NCBI RefSeq assembly: GCF_000354175.2
Contig: NC_022349.1
Span: 990,001-1,022,000, forward strand
DNA length: 32,000 nt
Source: Vibrio alginolyticus NBRC 15630 = ATCC 17749
Lineage (GTDB): Bacteria; Pseudomonadota; Gammaproteobacteria; Enterobacterales; Vibrionaceae
Reading direction: 5' to 3'
The first letter of the stretch is position 1; each line of letters starts with the position of its first letter. Position numbers and translations under genes: made by a program. The notes under the pieces are model-generated. The model did not search any database. It was not told the DNA's origin and saw nothing but the letters and a program-made list of their open reading frames with translations. This document shows positions 15,216-22,541 of this stretch, one piece after another.

Positions 15216-15335
15216 TAACGCCCAATTAAGGTGTGACCCACGCGACCACGATACTAAAATTAGACGCCGTAAACACTAAACTTAACCCAAACTCAAAATG
15301 CCAAGCGTGGGGAATCACTCTTAAATTGTTTGTTA
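15216..15335 (-). repeat. attC site, 120 bp, divergent subtype
   Basis: TAACGCCCAATTAAGGTGTGACCCACGCG...GCCAAGCGTGGGGAATCACTCTTAAATTGTTTGTTA. Confidence 0.88.
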
Positions 15336-15938
15336 TGCGTGTGCCTGAGCCTTCAAAGAATCTAGCATTTTCTGCTGAAACTCTTTTCGCATTATTTCTC
15401 TTTCTTCGTTCTCATGAAGAACCAACAAGAATGTTTGCCGATCACCCCACTCTTCTACTTTACGCTTTGGCAAACCACCTAATTCTCTAAGTTTCTCAGA
15501 CATTTGAATGGCTAATAAACCTAAAGCAGCATATTTCGTTGCTCTCGCCTCATAAAATTCCGCAAAATCAGGAGGTGTAGCAGCATAATCACTTACAGCT
15601 GAGATATATGAATTAGCTTCGTGAACCAATTGAGGTAGGTTTAACAAATCGTAGAGTAAATCCTGGGGAAGTATTTTCCAATCAACCTCAAGTTCTAACG
15701 GAATAAAGCTTGGGGTTTTCGAGTGATAGTAAGTGTATCCATTCTGATCTTCGGTGCCATCATCAGTGACGACTTCACGACAACCGACTATAAACTGCTC
15801 GATACTACTCGTGACAATAATTGCAAGGTAGTACGTTTCTGCTGCTTTTGACTTTTTCGCAGCAACAGACTCTTTGAGGATAGTTAAAAGAAAACCGACC
15901 AAACCGCCTAAAATGACAACAATTAATTTCTCAAACAC
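15333..15938 (-). CDS. Hypothetical membrane-anchored protein, 201 aa
   Basis: GTG start preceded by AGAGGATTATC. One N-terminal TM helix (LIVVILGGLVGFLLTIL) followed by a soluble helical region. Stop lies in the attC. Confidence 0.65.
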   Translation of the reverse strand: MFEKLIVVILGGLVGFLLTILKESVAAKKSKAAETYYLAIIVTSSIEQFIVGCREVVTDDGTEDQNGYTYYHSKTPSFIPLELEVDWKILPQDLLYDLLNLPQLVHEANSYISAVSDYAATPPDFAEFYEARATKYAALGLLAIQMSEKLRELGGLPKRKVEEWGDRQTFLLVLHENEEREIMRKEFQQKMLDSLKAQAHA

Positions 15939-15964
15939 GATAATCCTCTAGTCGATAAAACGCA

Positions 15965-16084
15965 TAACGCCTTGCTAAGGTGTGAGCAACGCAATACCTT
16001 AGCCTCCGCATAATACCTTAAACACATAAACCGACACATAGTAAAAATGCCACGGGTTGCGAATCACTCTTAAGCAACTTGTTA
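15965..16084 (-). repeat. attC site, 120 bp (paralog of 6285..6404)
   Basis: Part of the duplication 6285..6998 = 15965..16678. Confidence 0.9.
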
Positions 16085-16107
16085 TACCGCTTGGTTGAGG
16101 CTAAAAT
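16079..16107 (+). promoter_or_regulatory. Predicted TA promoter, second copy (-35 TTGTTA, -10 TAAAAT)
   Basis: Same sequence as 6399..6427. Confidence 0.4.
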
Positions 16108-16141
16108 GACCAACATAAAAACCACTTAAGAGACCGATTAT

Positions 16142-16390
16142 ATGACCACTAGAATTTTAGCCGATGTTGCTGCAAGCATTACTGAGTTGAAAGCTAACCC
16201 TATGAAAGTTGCAACTAGTGCTTACGGCGAACCTGTTGCTGTATTAAACCGAAATGAACCAGCATTTTATTGCGTGCCTGCCGAAGCGTACGAAATGATG
16301 ATGGACAGACTCGAAGATCTGGAACTACTAGCTATCGCTAAAGAGCGTGAATCTGAAGAGAGCATTTCGGTAAATATTGATGACCTATAA
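16142..16390 (+). CDS. Type II antitoxin, Phd/YefM family (second copy)
   Basis: Protein identical to the product of 6462..6710. Confidence 0.85.
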   Translation: MTTRILADVAASITELKANPMKVATSAYGEPVAVLNRNEPAFYCVPAEAYEMMMDRLEDLELLAIAKERESEESISVNIDDL

Positions 16391-16670
16391 ACTCGACTTT
16401 AAAAAGAGTGCACTCAAAGAGTGGAAAAAGCTTGGCTCTACTCTGCAACAACAATTTAAGAAAAAGCTAATCGAGCGCTTAGATAACCCACATGTTCCGG
16501 CTTCAAAGCTTTCTGGAGCTGACAACATGTATAAAATTAAGTTGCGTCAATCGGGCTACCGTCTCGTCTACAAAGTTGAAGACGATGTCATCATTGTAAC
16601 CGTCTTAGCAGTTGGAAAACGCGAACGTAGCGATGTTTACCGTAAAGCCATGAAAAGGTTAGATGATTGA
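16380..16670 (+). CDS. Type II toxin, RelE/StbE family (second copy)
   Basis: Protein identical to the product of 6700..6990. Confidence 0.85.
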   Translation: MTYKLDFKKSALKEWKKLGSTLQQQFKKKLIERLDNPHVPASKLSGADNMYKIKLRQSGYRLVYKVEDDVIIVTVLAVGKRERSDVYRKAMKRLDD

Positions 16671-16677
16671 TTGCGGT

Positions 16678-16705
16678 TGGTGTACCCCACAAAAAGTAGA
16701 CAGTA
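16678..16705. repeat. IS terminal inverted repeat (orfB-distal end)
   Basis: TGGTGTACCCCACAAAAAGTAGACAGTA matches the reverse complement of 17836..17863 (CGAGTACCCCACGTTTAGTAGACACTTT). Confidence 0.7.
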
Positions 16706-16710
16706 CATAA

Positions 16711-17493
16711 CTACATACTTTCGTACTCAACTGGGCTGACCTGCCCCAACGCTGAGTGTCTTCTTCTGCGATTGTAAAATACCTCGATGTATTCGAAGAT
16801 GCCCATTCGGGCTTCTTCGACAGTTTGATAGTCTTCTGCGTATATCAGTTCGACTTTCAGTCGACTGTAGAACGACTCCATCACCGCATTATCCCAGCAG
16901 TTACCCTGCCGACTCATGCTCGGTACACCTCCATGCTTACGCATGAAGTCTTGATATTTGTAGGCTCTGTATTGTACACCACGGTCTGAGTGGATAATGA
17001 CGCCCTTAGGCGGCTTACGTGACTCAAACGCCATTTTTAGAGCGTTAGTGATTAGCTCGACGGTCATCGTTGTCCCAAGCGACCAACCCACAATGCGTCT
17101 TGAATGCAAGTCCATCACTGTCGCTAAGAAGAGCCAACGGCTCTTCACCCAGATATACGTAATGTCCGTAACCCATTTCTGATTTGGCGTCTCAGACTCA
17201 AAGTCTCTACGCAGTAAATTGTCGGCAACATTCGTCATAGCAGCCACATAATTCACGCAGCAGGCATAGCCTGCTTCGTTGAGCTCTTCGGCTATTCGCA
17301 CTGAGCCGTAACGTGCCCGATATTGGGCAAAGGTACACATGACGAGCTGTTCAAAGCGCTCTCGCCGCTTTGAACGCTCACTCGGCGTATGATGGCACCA
17401 CTTATAATAGCCGCCCCGACTCACTTCTAAGGTGCGGCACATTAAGCTAATGGAATACTCACCGACATAGCTTTCGATGAACTCGTACTTCAC
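16711..17493 (-). CDS. IS3-family transposase OrfB (DDE integrase domain), expressed as an OrfAB fusion by -1 frameshift
   Basis: WVTDITYI...HSDRGVQY...GNCWDNAVMESF carries the DDE motif. It overlaps the orfA stop in the -1 frame. Confidence 0.88.
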   Translation of the reverse strand: MKYEFIESYVGEYSISLMCRTLEVSRGGYYKWCHHTPSERSKRRERFEQLVMCTFAQYRARYGSVRIAEELNEAGYACCVNYVAAMTNVADNLLRRDFESETPNQKWVTDITYIWVKSRWLFLATVMDLHSRRIVGWSLGTTMTVELITNALKMAFESRKPPKGVIIHSDRGVQYRAYKYQDFMRKHGGVPSMSRQGNCWDNAVMESFYSRLKVELIYAEDYQTVEEARMGIFEYIEVFYNRRRRHSALGQVSPVEYESM

Positions 17494-17798
17494 TCTTGCT
17501 GCTTCGCGAAGTACGCCGAGACCTTTTTTAGGAATTCCATTTCATCTTTGAGTCGCTTGTTCTCGCGCCTTAGCGCCCGAAGCTCTTCGGACTCTTTCTT
17601 CGAGTAATCGACACCGTCTAAGGTGTTAAACTGTTTATCAGATAGGCGTGTGAACTGGCGCTTCCAGTTTCGGATCTGCTGGGCACTGATGCCCAGCTCC
17701 TTGGCAACGGAAACGGCTGTTCGGCCAGGAAGACTGGCCAAGCGGACTGCTTCTTTGCGGAACTCTTCGGTGTACGCTGGATTACGATGTTTAGCCAT
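17490..17798 (-). CDS. IS3-family transposase OrfA (HTH and leucine zipper), 102 aa
   Basis: YTEEFRKEAVRL...VAKELGISAQQIRNWKRQ helix-turn-helix followed by a coiled-coil LRRENKRLKDEMEFLKK. Confidence 0.88.
   Translation of the reverse strand: MAKHRNPAYTEEFRKEAVRLASLPGRTAVSVAKELGISAQQIRNWKRQFTRLSDKQFNTLDGVDYSKKESEELRALRRENKRLKDEMEFLKKVSAYFAKQQE
17523..17529 (-). promoter_or_regulatory. Programmed -1 ribosomal frameshift heptamer A-AAA-AAG
   Basis: Minus strand reads CTA AAA AAG GTC near the end of orfA. The -1 frame continues GLGVLREAARVKYEF into orfB. Confidence 0.7.
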
Positions 17799-17835
17799 AA
17801 ATCACCTCTCAATTAGACCCTAGATCTAACTTAGT

Positions 17836-17863
17836 AAAGTGTCTACTAAACGTGGGGTACTCG
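17836..17863. repeat. IS terminal inverted repeat (orfA-proximal end)
   Basis: See 16678..16705. Confidence 0.7.
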
Positions 17864-17869
17864 GCGGTA

Positions 17870-17990
17870 TAACGCCGCGTTAAGTAGTGAGCGACGCCTA
17901 CACCTTACCTAAACAACTACACCGTAAACACAAAACTCAACTTGAACTGAGAATGCCACGCGTTGCGAATCTGCCTTAAACGCTTTGTTA
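17870..17990 (-). repeat. attC site, 121 bp, divergent subtype
   Basis: TAACGCCGCGTTAAGTAGTGAGCGACGC...GCGTTGCGAATCTGCCTTAAACGCTTTGTTA. Confidence 0.85.
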
Positions 17991-18011
17991 TAAGCAAAAT
18001 AGCACCGATGT

Positions 18012-18431
18012 CTAGCTGCTCTTTAATTGCTCAACCTCCGATAACACCCAAGCACTATGATGATGTTCAAAACCTATTTTTGGATAATAACCTTCAGCTT
18101 GCGGTGCCGATAATAAAATAACCTTACAGCTTGGAGTTAGTTGCTTTTTAGTAATCAATATTAAATTTTTTCCGATACCACTAGATTGAACACTTTCATC
18201 GACGGCTAGATCAGAAAGGTAGCAACAATAATGAAAGTCAGTCACCGAACGTGCAATCCCGATGAGCTGGTTGTTAAACCATGCAGTAACAACTAGATTA
18301 GCATTTTCCAACATACCTTGAATTGTAAGGTTGTCATCAAGCGGTCTACGTACACCAAGTGATGTTTTTTCTAACAATTCAATAAACTGTACCGCTGTAA
18401 TTGGACAGTTAACTTTATACTCAATTTCCAT
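18012..18431 (-). CDS. GNAT family N-acetyltransferase, 139 aa
   Basis: Starts MEIEYKV with AAGGGTATCAA upstream. Motif VQSSGIGKNLILITKKQL...AEGYYPKIGF. Confidence 0.75.
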   Translation of the reverse strand: MEIEYKVNCPITAVQFIELLEKTSLGVRRPLDDNLTIQGMLENANLVVTAWFNNQLIGIARSVTDFHYCCYLSDLAVDESVQSSGIGKNLILITKKQLTPSCKVILLSAPQAEGYYPKIGFEHHHSAWVLSEVEQLKSS

Positions 18432-18460
18432 TTGATACCCTTTGAATCTGACTTTGCTTA

Positions 18461-18583
18461 TAACGCCCAATTAAGGGGTGAGCAACGCTACCACCTAAAC
18501 CTGAAGCATTGTGCCATAAACACTATATTTGAAATAGAAGCAAAAATGCCAAGCGTTGGGAATCCCTCTTAAATTGTTTGTTA
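18461..18583 (-). repeat. attC site, 123 bp, divergent subtype
   Basis: TAACGCCCAATTAAGGGGTGAGCAACGC...GCCAAGCGTTGGGAATCCCTCTTAAATTGTTTGTTA. Confidence 0.88.
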
Positions 18584-18587
18584 TAAC

Positions 18588-18908
18588 TCAGTATTCTGAC
18601 TGCAATTTCTTATGTAGCTTCAATATATCCGCCGCAATTTTGCTCGCTGTTTTATTTTGGATCTTAGTCATTGTATGAGCGACAGCACCTTCAACCATTT
18701 TGCCTTCAAAGTTAGTTCTAGGACCACTTTTAGTCATACGTTCTTGTATTGAACGCCAGTCACCAAGCAACTCTTCGGGAAAGTGAATATCTAAAAGACT
18801 TGAAGTCGCCTCATTGGCACTAAGCAAGCGACTTCTCGCATCTCCAGCTCCAATACACAACTCTTCTACTGCATCATCAATACGACATTTAACATATTGG
18901 TATTTCAT
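18588..18908 (-). CDS. Hypothetical cassette protein, 106 aa (paralog of the truncated 1..190)
   Basis: Starts MKYQYVKCRIDD. The 40-aa ORF-track extension is attC sequence. Confidence 0.65.
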   Translation of the reverse strand: MKYQYVKCRIDDAVEELCIGAGDARSRLLSANEATSSLLDIHFPEELLGDWRSIQERMTKSGPRTNFEGKMVEGAVAHTMTKIQNKTASKIAADILKLHKKLQSEY

Positions 18909-18939
18909 GTATAAATTTCCTCGGAACTTGGATGAGTTA

Positions 18940-19059
18940 TAACGCCCGCTTAAGTGGTGAGCAACGCAATACCGATGTTTCCGCATACCACCTAAATCAC
19001 TAAATTTGCCGCAAACCACAAATGCCACGCGTTGCGAATCCGTCTTAAAGCGTTTGTTA
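18940..19059 (-). repeat. attC site, 120 bp (attC of the first cassette)
   Basis: TAACGCCCGCTTAAGTGGTGAGCAACGC...GCGTTGCGAATCCGTCTTAAAGCGTTTGTTA. Confidence 0.88.
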
Positions 19060-19605
19060 GGCTTCTAGCTCACGATATAGCACTAAGCAATTGTATTCTT
19101 TGCCGAATTCTATTTCTTGATCGATAGCTCGAATTTGCGTAAAACCTTGTCTGTACCAGAACCTAAAAGCAGAAATGTTTTCTGCATAAACATTTAAACC
19201 TACGTTGTGTAAATTTGCGTACTCACAGGCTACGGCGATAACACTACTAACTATTTCTGAACCCAAGCCTTTACCTTTAAAACTCGGTAGAATTGTTAAC
19301 ATAGGAAGCCAAAGTGTGCCAGTTGACGGAGCATGAAACTCCATCTGTATGTAACCAACCACTTGACCTTTCTTTGTGCTAATTTTTCTTAGGTAAAATG
19401 CACCTTGCTCGTCAGATAATTTTGACTTGTTGCTTTCAGCTATTAATTTTTCATACTCGGTGATAGACCATTCCCTAAACGTTGGGTCCATTGCTTTTAC
19501 ATTTAAGTTACTGTCAAAGATTGACTTGGCTAGCTCCGCCTCATCACTTGAAAACTCAGTGAAAACCAAATTTTTGGATTCCCATTGTGGTATCAACACT
19601 AACAA
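19057..19605 (-). CDS. GNAT family N-acetyltransferase, about 180 aa; first, attI-proximal cassette
   Basis: FKGKGLGSEIVSSVIAVA...ENISAFRFWYRQGF. No ATG start is available: either TTG at 19605 or GTG at 19599, downstream of AAGGAGGAAG. Confidence 0.75.
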   Translation of the reverse strand: MLVLIPQWESKNLVFTEFSSDEAELAKSIFDSNLNVKAMDPTFREWSITEYEKLIAESNKSKLSDEQGAFYLRKISTKKGQVVGYIQMEFHAPSTGTLWLPMLTILPSFKGKGLGSEIVSSVIAVACEYANLHNVGLNVYAENISAFRFWYRQGFTQIRAIDQEIEFGKEYNCLVLYRELEA

Positions 19606-19618
19606 CTTCCTCCTTGAA

Positions 19619-19625
19619 GCCTAAC
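19619..19625 (-). other. attI core site (minus strand GTTAGGC, crossover G/TT)
   Basis: Fits the GTTRRRY box at the junction between the first cassette and the intI-proximal non-repeat sequence. The full extent of attI to the right cannot be defined from sequence alone. Confidence 0.65.
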
Positions 19626-19811
19626 GCTTTCTATACGGCGATTTGCCGTTTTTCTGGCAGGCTACCGCCTTCTTTCTTATCAAAAGCGCTATCAATCGTA
19701 GCACTTATATGCATGAAACAAATAGAAAAACAGTATGAATATGTGTGGTGGCGCGCGCAATTAGGCGGCGCACAGCACGCTAATTTCAAAAGTGGTGATA
19801 CATTAACGGAG

Positions 19812-19827
19812 CTGTATAAATAAACAG
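19812..19827 (+). promoter_or_regulatory. LexA (SOS) box CTGTATAAATAAACAG overlapping a TATAAAT -10-like element upstream of intIA
   Basis: Perfect CTGT-N8-ACAG palindrome 12 nt upstream of the intI ATG. Confidence 0.8.
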
Positions 19828-19838
19828 GTTAATTTATC

Positions 19839-20801
19839 ATGAAAAGTCAGTTTTTACTTAGTGTAAAAGAGCACATGCTTACTCGTCATTATGCGAATAA
19901 AACTATCGAAAGTTATCTATTTTGGATAAAACGTTTTATCACTTTTCACCAGCTCGCCCACCCATCAACACTAGCAGAAGATGATGTCATTCAATTTCTG
20001 AGTTACTTAGCGGTAGAAGAAAAAGTTGCGGTAAAAACGCAAGCTTTGGCGCTGAACTCAATATCATTTTTATATCGTGATTATTTTAAAACCCCACTAT
20101 CACTTGATATGAGATTTCAGAAATCCTTGACCGAAAAGAAACTTCCCGTTGTGTTAACCAGGGAGGAGATCCGAAGATTCGTTCAGCATATCGACCCGAG
20201 GTATAGACTCCATATTCAGCTACTTTACGGCTCCGGGCTTCGAGTTATGGAATGTTTACGCTTAAGAGTTCAAGACATCGATTATGATTATGGTGCAGTT
20301 CGCGTTTGGCAAGGAAAAGGAGGTAAAAATCGTACAGTCACATTAGCCAAAGAACTACATGAACCACTCAAAGCTCAAGTTAATTTAGCAAGAAACTACT
20401 ACTTTAAAGATAGGCACATGCCTGGTTATGCGGGCGTATATATCTCTGAAGGTTTACGACGTAAATACCCAAAAGCGGAGCTAGATTTTAACTGGCACTT
20501 TTTGTTTCCATCAACAAAGTTAAGCGCAGATCGAGACACTGGTGAACTCAGAAGGCATCATATCAATGAAAGCGCAATACAAAGAGCGGTAAAGCGCGCG
20601 GCAAGCGACGCAAGCATTGAGAAAACTGTAACTTGCCACACACTAAGACACAGTTTTGCCACGCATTTATTGGAATCTGGCGCAGACATTAGAACTGTTC
20701 AGGAACAATTAGGGCATACTGATGTAAAAACCACGCAAATCTATACTCACGTTATCGAGCGCGGGGCTGGTGGTGTGTTGAGTCCATTATCCAGCCTTTA
20801 G
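19839..20801 (+). CDS. intIA: Integron integrase IntIA (tyrosine recombinase), 320 aa
   Basis: Conserved R...HxxR...Y catalytic pattern (GLRVMECLRLRV, HTLRHSFATHLL, TQIYTHV). Also carries the integron-specific insertion (RRKYPKAELDFNWHFLFPS). Confidence 0.95.
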   Translation: MKSQFLLSVKEHMLTRHYANKTIESYLFWIKRFITFHQLAHPSTLAEDDVIQFLSYLAVEEKVAVKTQALALNSISFLYRDYFKTPLSLDMRFQKSLTEKKLPVVLTREEIRRFVQHIDPRYRLHIQLLYGSGLRVMECLRLRVQDIDYDYGAVRVWQGKGGKNRTVTLAKELHEPLKAQVNLARNYYFKDRHMPGYAGVYISEGLRRKYPKAELDFNWHFLFPSTKLSADRDTGELRRHHINESAIQRAVKRAASDASIEKTVTCHTLRHSFATHLLESGADIRTVQEQLGHTDVKTTQIYTHVIERGAGGVLSPLSSL

Positions 20802-20807
20802 AAAAAC

Positions 20808-20836
20808 AAAGCCACCTCGAAAGGTGGCTTTGTTTT
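20808..20836. terminator. Bidirectional rho-independent terminator between convergent intIA and the 20845 gene
   Basis: AAAGCCACCT-CGAA-AGGTGGCTTT is flanked by an A-run on the left and a T-run on the right. Confidence 0.8.
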
Positions 20837-20844
20837 ATAACTCT

Positions 20845-21318
20845 TTATTGACGAACACCGAGTTTCACATTGCCTTTTGAATCAAACCAAAGTGCTTGCG
20901 AACGGCGACGTCCTATTAGTATCGGACCATCGTCATAAAAGAGAAAGTTCTTCCAGTGCTTTTTAAAAATAGACCATTTCGTTTCGATGACATTGTACTT
21001 CTCGTAGCAAAAGTAAACGGTTACATCGTCTTGCCAATCGATATGTGCCTCAGCTTCCACTGGCATGTCAGGATCGTCCGACTCCCACGCAGCCATCCAA
21101 TCCACAGTTTCAGACCAATTCGCCTCATTCATTGGCCAGTCTTGGGAACTAAGTCTATCCATATCAGGGCTTTGAGCACTGATATTTTCTTTCCAAAATT
21201 GTGCTGAGCGGGCTTGGCTCATCGGCTTAATAAAAGCCAAATCTTCTTCTGGCACAGGCATCGACTGATGCGTAAAAATCCATTTTCTTTGGTATTCGTC
21301 CAAAGGCAAATAAGACAT
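20845..21318 (-). CDS. Conserved hypothetical protein, 157 aa (acidic, Trp-rich)
   Basis: ATG with AAGGAG upstream. No motif recognised with confidence. Confidence 0.7.
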   Translation of the reverse strand: MSYLPLDEYQRKWIFTHQSMPVPEEDLAFIKPMSQARSAQFWKENISAQSPDMDRLSSQDWPMNEANWSETVDWMAAWESDDPDMPVEAEAHIDWQDDVTVYFCYEKYNVIETKWSIFKKHWKNFLFYDDGPILIGRRRSQALWFDSKGNVKLGVRQ

Positions 21319-21331
21319 TCAGTCTCCTTTA

Positions 21332-21919
21332 TTACGATTTCAGCCAACCTTTCTCTGTGGCTTCTTCAATCAACTCTTTCGCTTTGTCCCATAAGGTAAC
21401 AGAGCCAAATTCAATTCGTTTATTAATGGTAAGTGCTTGTTCGCGTGAGACACCATGTTCCTTCCAACTCTGACCATTATTATGGTAGTTCAAGAGCATT
21501 GGAATTAACCGATCGAGTGCTTTTGCATACTTAGCATCATCGGTCTGCGCGGCTTCAAATTCATGCCAAAGCGCCAATAGCTCTTGCTCCTGATCGCTGG
21601 GTAACATACCAAACAAGCGCTCTGCGGCTCTGATTTCTTTTTCTGCTTGCTCTTGAGACGCAGCAGTATCATAAACAAAGGTATCGCCCGCGTCGATCTC
21701 TACTACGTCATGTATCAATAACATTTTCATCACTCGGCAAATATCAACAGGTGCATTCGCATGCTCTTCCATCAATATTGCCATCAGTGCGACATGCCAA
21801 CTATGCTCACCACTATTTTCGAGGCGCCCTTCAGCACTTTTAACTCGAGTTCGGCGCAAAATGCTTTTGAGTTTATCGAGCTCGATTACAAGTGCTAACT
21901 GCTTTTCCAATCGTTCCAT
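21332..21919 (-). CDS. HD-domain phosphohydrolase (YfbR-like 5'-nucleotidase family)
   Basis: ENSGEHSWHVALMA...LLIHDVVEIDAGD carries the H...HD...D metal-binding signature. Confidence 0.8.
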   Translation of the reverse strand: MERLEKQLALVIELDKLKSILRRTRVKSAEGRLENSGEHSWHVALMAILMEEHANAPVDICRVMKMLLIHDVVEIDAGDTFVYDTAASQEQAEKEIRAAERLFGMLPSDQEQELLALWHEFEAAQTDDAKYAKALDRLIPMLLNYHNNGQSWKEHGVSREQALTINKRIEFGSVTLWDKAKELIEEATEKGWLKS

Positions 21920-21920
21920 A

Positions 21921-22505
21921 CTATCGCCCTTCTGGCTGCCAATTCGGATTAATAAGCGACGTTAGAACGTGGTCTTGCCACTCACCATTAATCAAAAGGT
22001 AATCTTTTGCATACCCTTCTCGGTTGAACCCTACATGCTCTAGCACAGATTCACTGCGTTTATTGTGAGGCATGTAGCCAGCTTGAATACGATGCAGTTT
22101 CTGAACGTTAAACATGTAGTCGCAAGCCATGGTTAATCCACGACGCATATAACCATGCCCTTGCGCTTTTTCAGCGAGAGAATATCCGACGTTACAAGAA
22201 TAAAAAGGAAAACGACTCAAACTACTAAAGGATATCGTACCTAGCATTTCACCCGAAGAGGCTCTGACTAAAAGGCAATAATACCCCAATCCCATTCGAT
22301 GCAGCTCATTGAGCTTGATAAGCTTTTGCAACCAACCGTTCACTGAGAAAAAAGCCTCTTCACGTTTCGGTTCAAACGGTTTCAGGTATTCTCGGTTGGC
22401 TTGAAAATATTCGGCAATCATATCTGCGTCAACGATTTCAGCGGTACGAAGAAGCAAGTCACCGTCCAACTTATGAACGGCGATAGATGAGCTGTTATCT
22501 TCCAT
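21921..22505 (-). CDS. rimJ: Ribosomal-protein-S5-alanine N-acetyltransferase-like GNAT
   Basis: 194 aa with RimJ-type architecture (NREYLKPFEP...GYSLAEKAQGHGYM...HNKRSESVLEHVGF). Confidence 0.7.
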   Translation of the reverse strand: MEDNSSSIAVHKLDGDLLLRTAEIVDADMIAEYFQANREYLKPFEPKREEAFFSVNGWLQKLIKLNELHRMGLGYYCLLVRASSGEMLGTISFSSLSRFPFYSCNVGYSLAEKAQGHGYMRRGLTMACDYMFNVQKLHRIQAGYMPHNKRSESVLEHVGFNREGYAKDYLLINGEWQDHVLTSLINPNWQPEGR

Positions 22506-22541
22506 TACAAATGATTAATTCCGTCTTTTCGTTCAATTCGA

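Larger units (their letters stand above)
16678..17863 (-). mobile_element. IS3-family insertion sequence, about 1186 bp (ends +/- 3 bp)
   Basis: orfA/orfB arrangement with a -1 frameshift motif. Imperfect terminal inverted repeats share GTACCCCAC...AGTAGACA. GCGGT occurs on both flanks (16673..16677 and 17864..17868), while the uninterrupted paralog has a single GCGGT (6993..6997). Confidence 0.88.
1..20801 (-). mobile_element. Sedentary chromosomal integron (superintegron), integrase-proximal part: intIA, attI, 28 attC sites and cassette array running leftward off the window
   Basis: Integron-type tyrosine recombinase lies divergent from an array of ~120-bp imperfect-palindrome repeats. On the minus strand these read TAACAA...GGCGTTA and separate mostly minus-strand single-gene units. 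GTTAGGC attI core at 19619..19625. Confidence 0.92.

Noticed and set aside
18909-19028. N-terminal extensions of ORF-track proteins such as MAFVVCGKFSDLGGMRKHRYCVAHHLSGRY... Similar extensions occur at 8234..8326, 12176..12235, 13243..13320, 4864..4911 and 18432..18470.
   Set aside because: These segments are translations of attC repeats (recurrent RYCV/LRCS/HLNRAL-like peptides). A good internal start with an SD lies just inside the cassette, so the CDS coordinates were trimmed.
222-19059. Regularly recurring ~120-bp repeats could be mistaken for a CRISPR array.
   Set aside because: The repeats are 91-123 bp imperfect palindromes with variable centres. The spacers are 0.3-1.8 kb and contain genes, and an integron integrase rather than cas genes is adjacent. 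These are attC sites.
19587-19823. 78-aa plus-strand ORF spanning attI and the intI promoter region.
   Set aside because: It overlaps the first-cassette start, the attI core and the LexA box, and has no SD. The region is regulatory.
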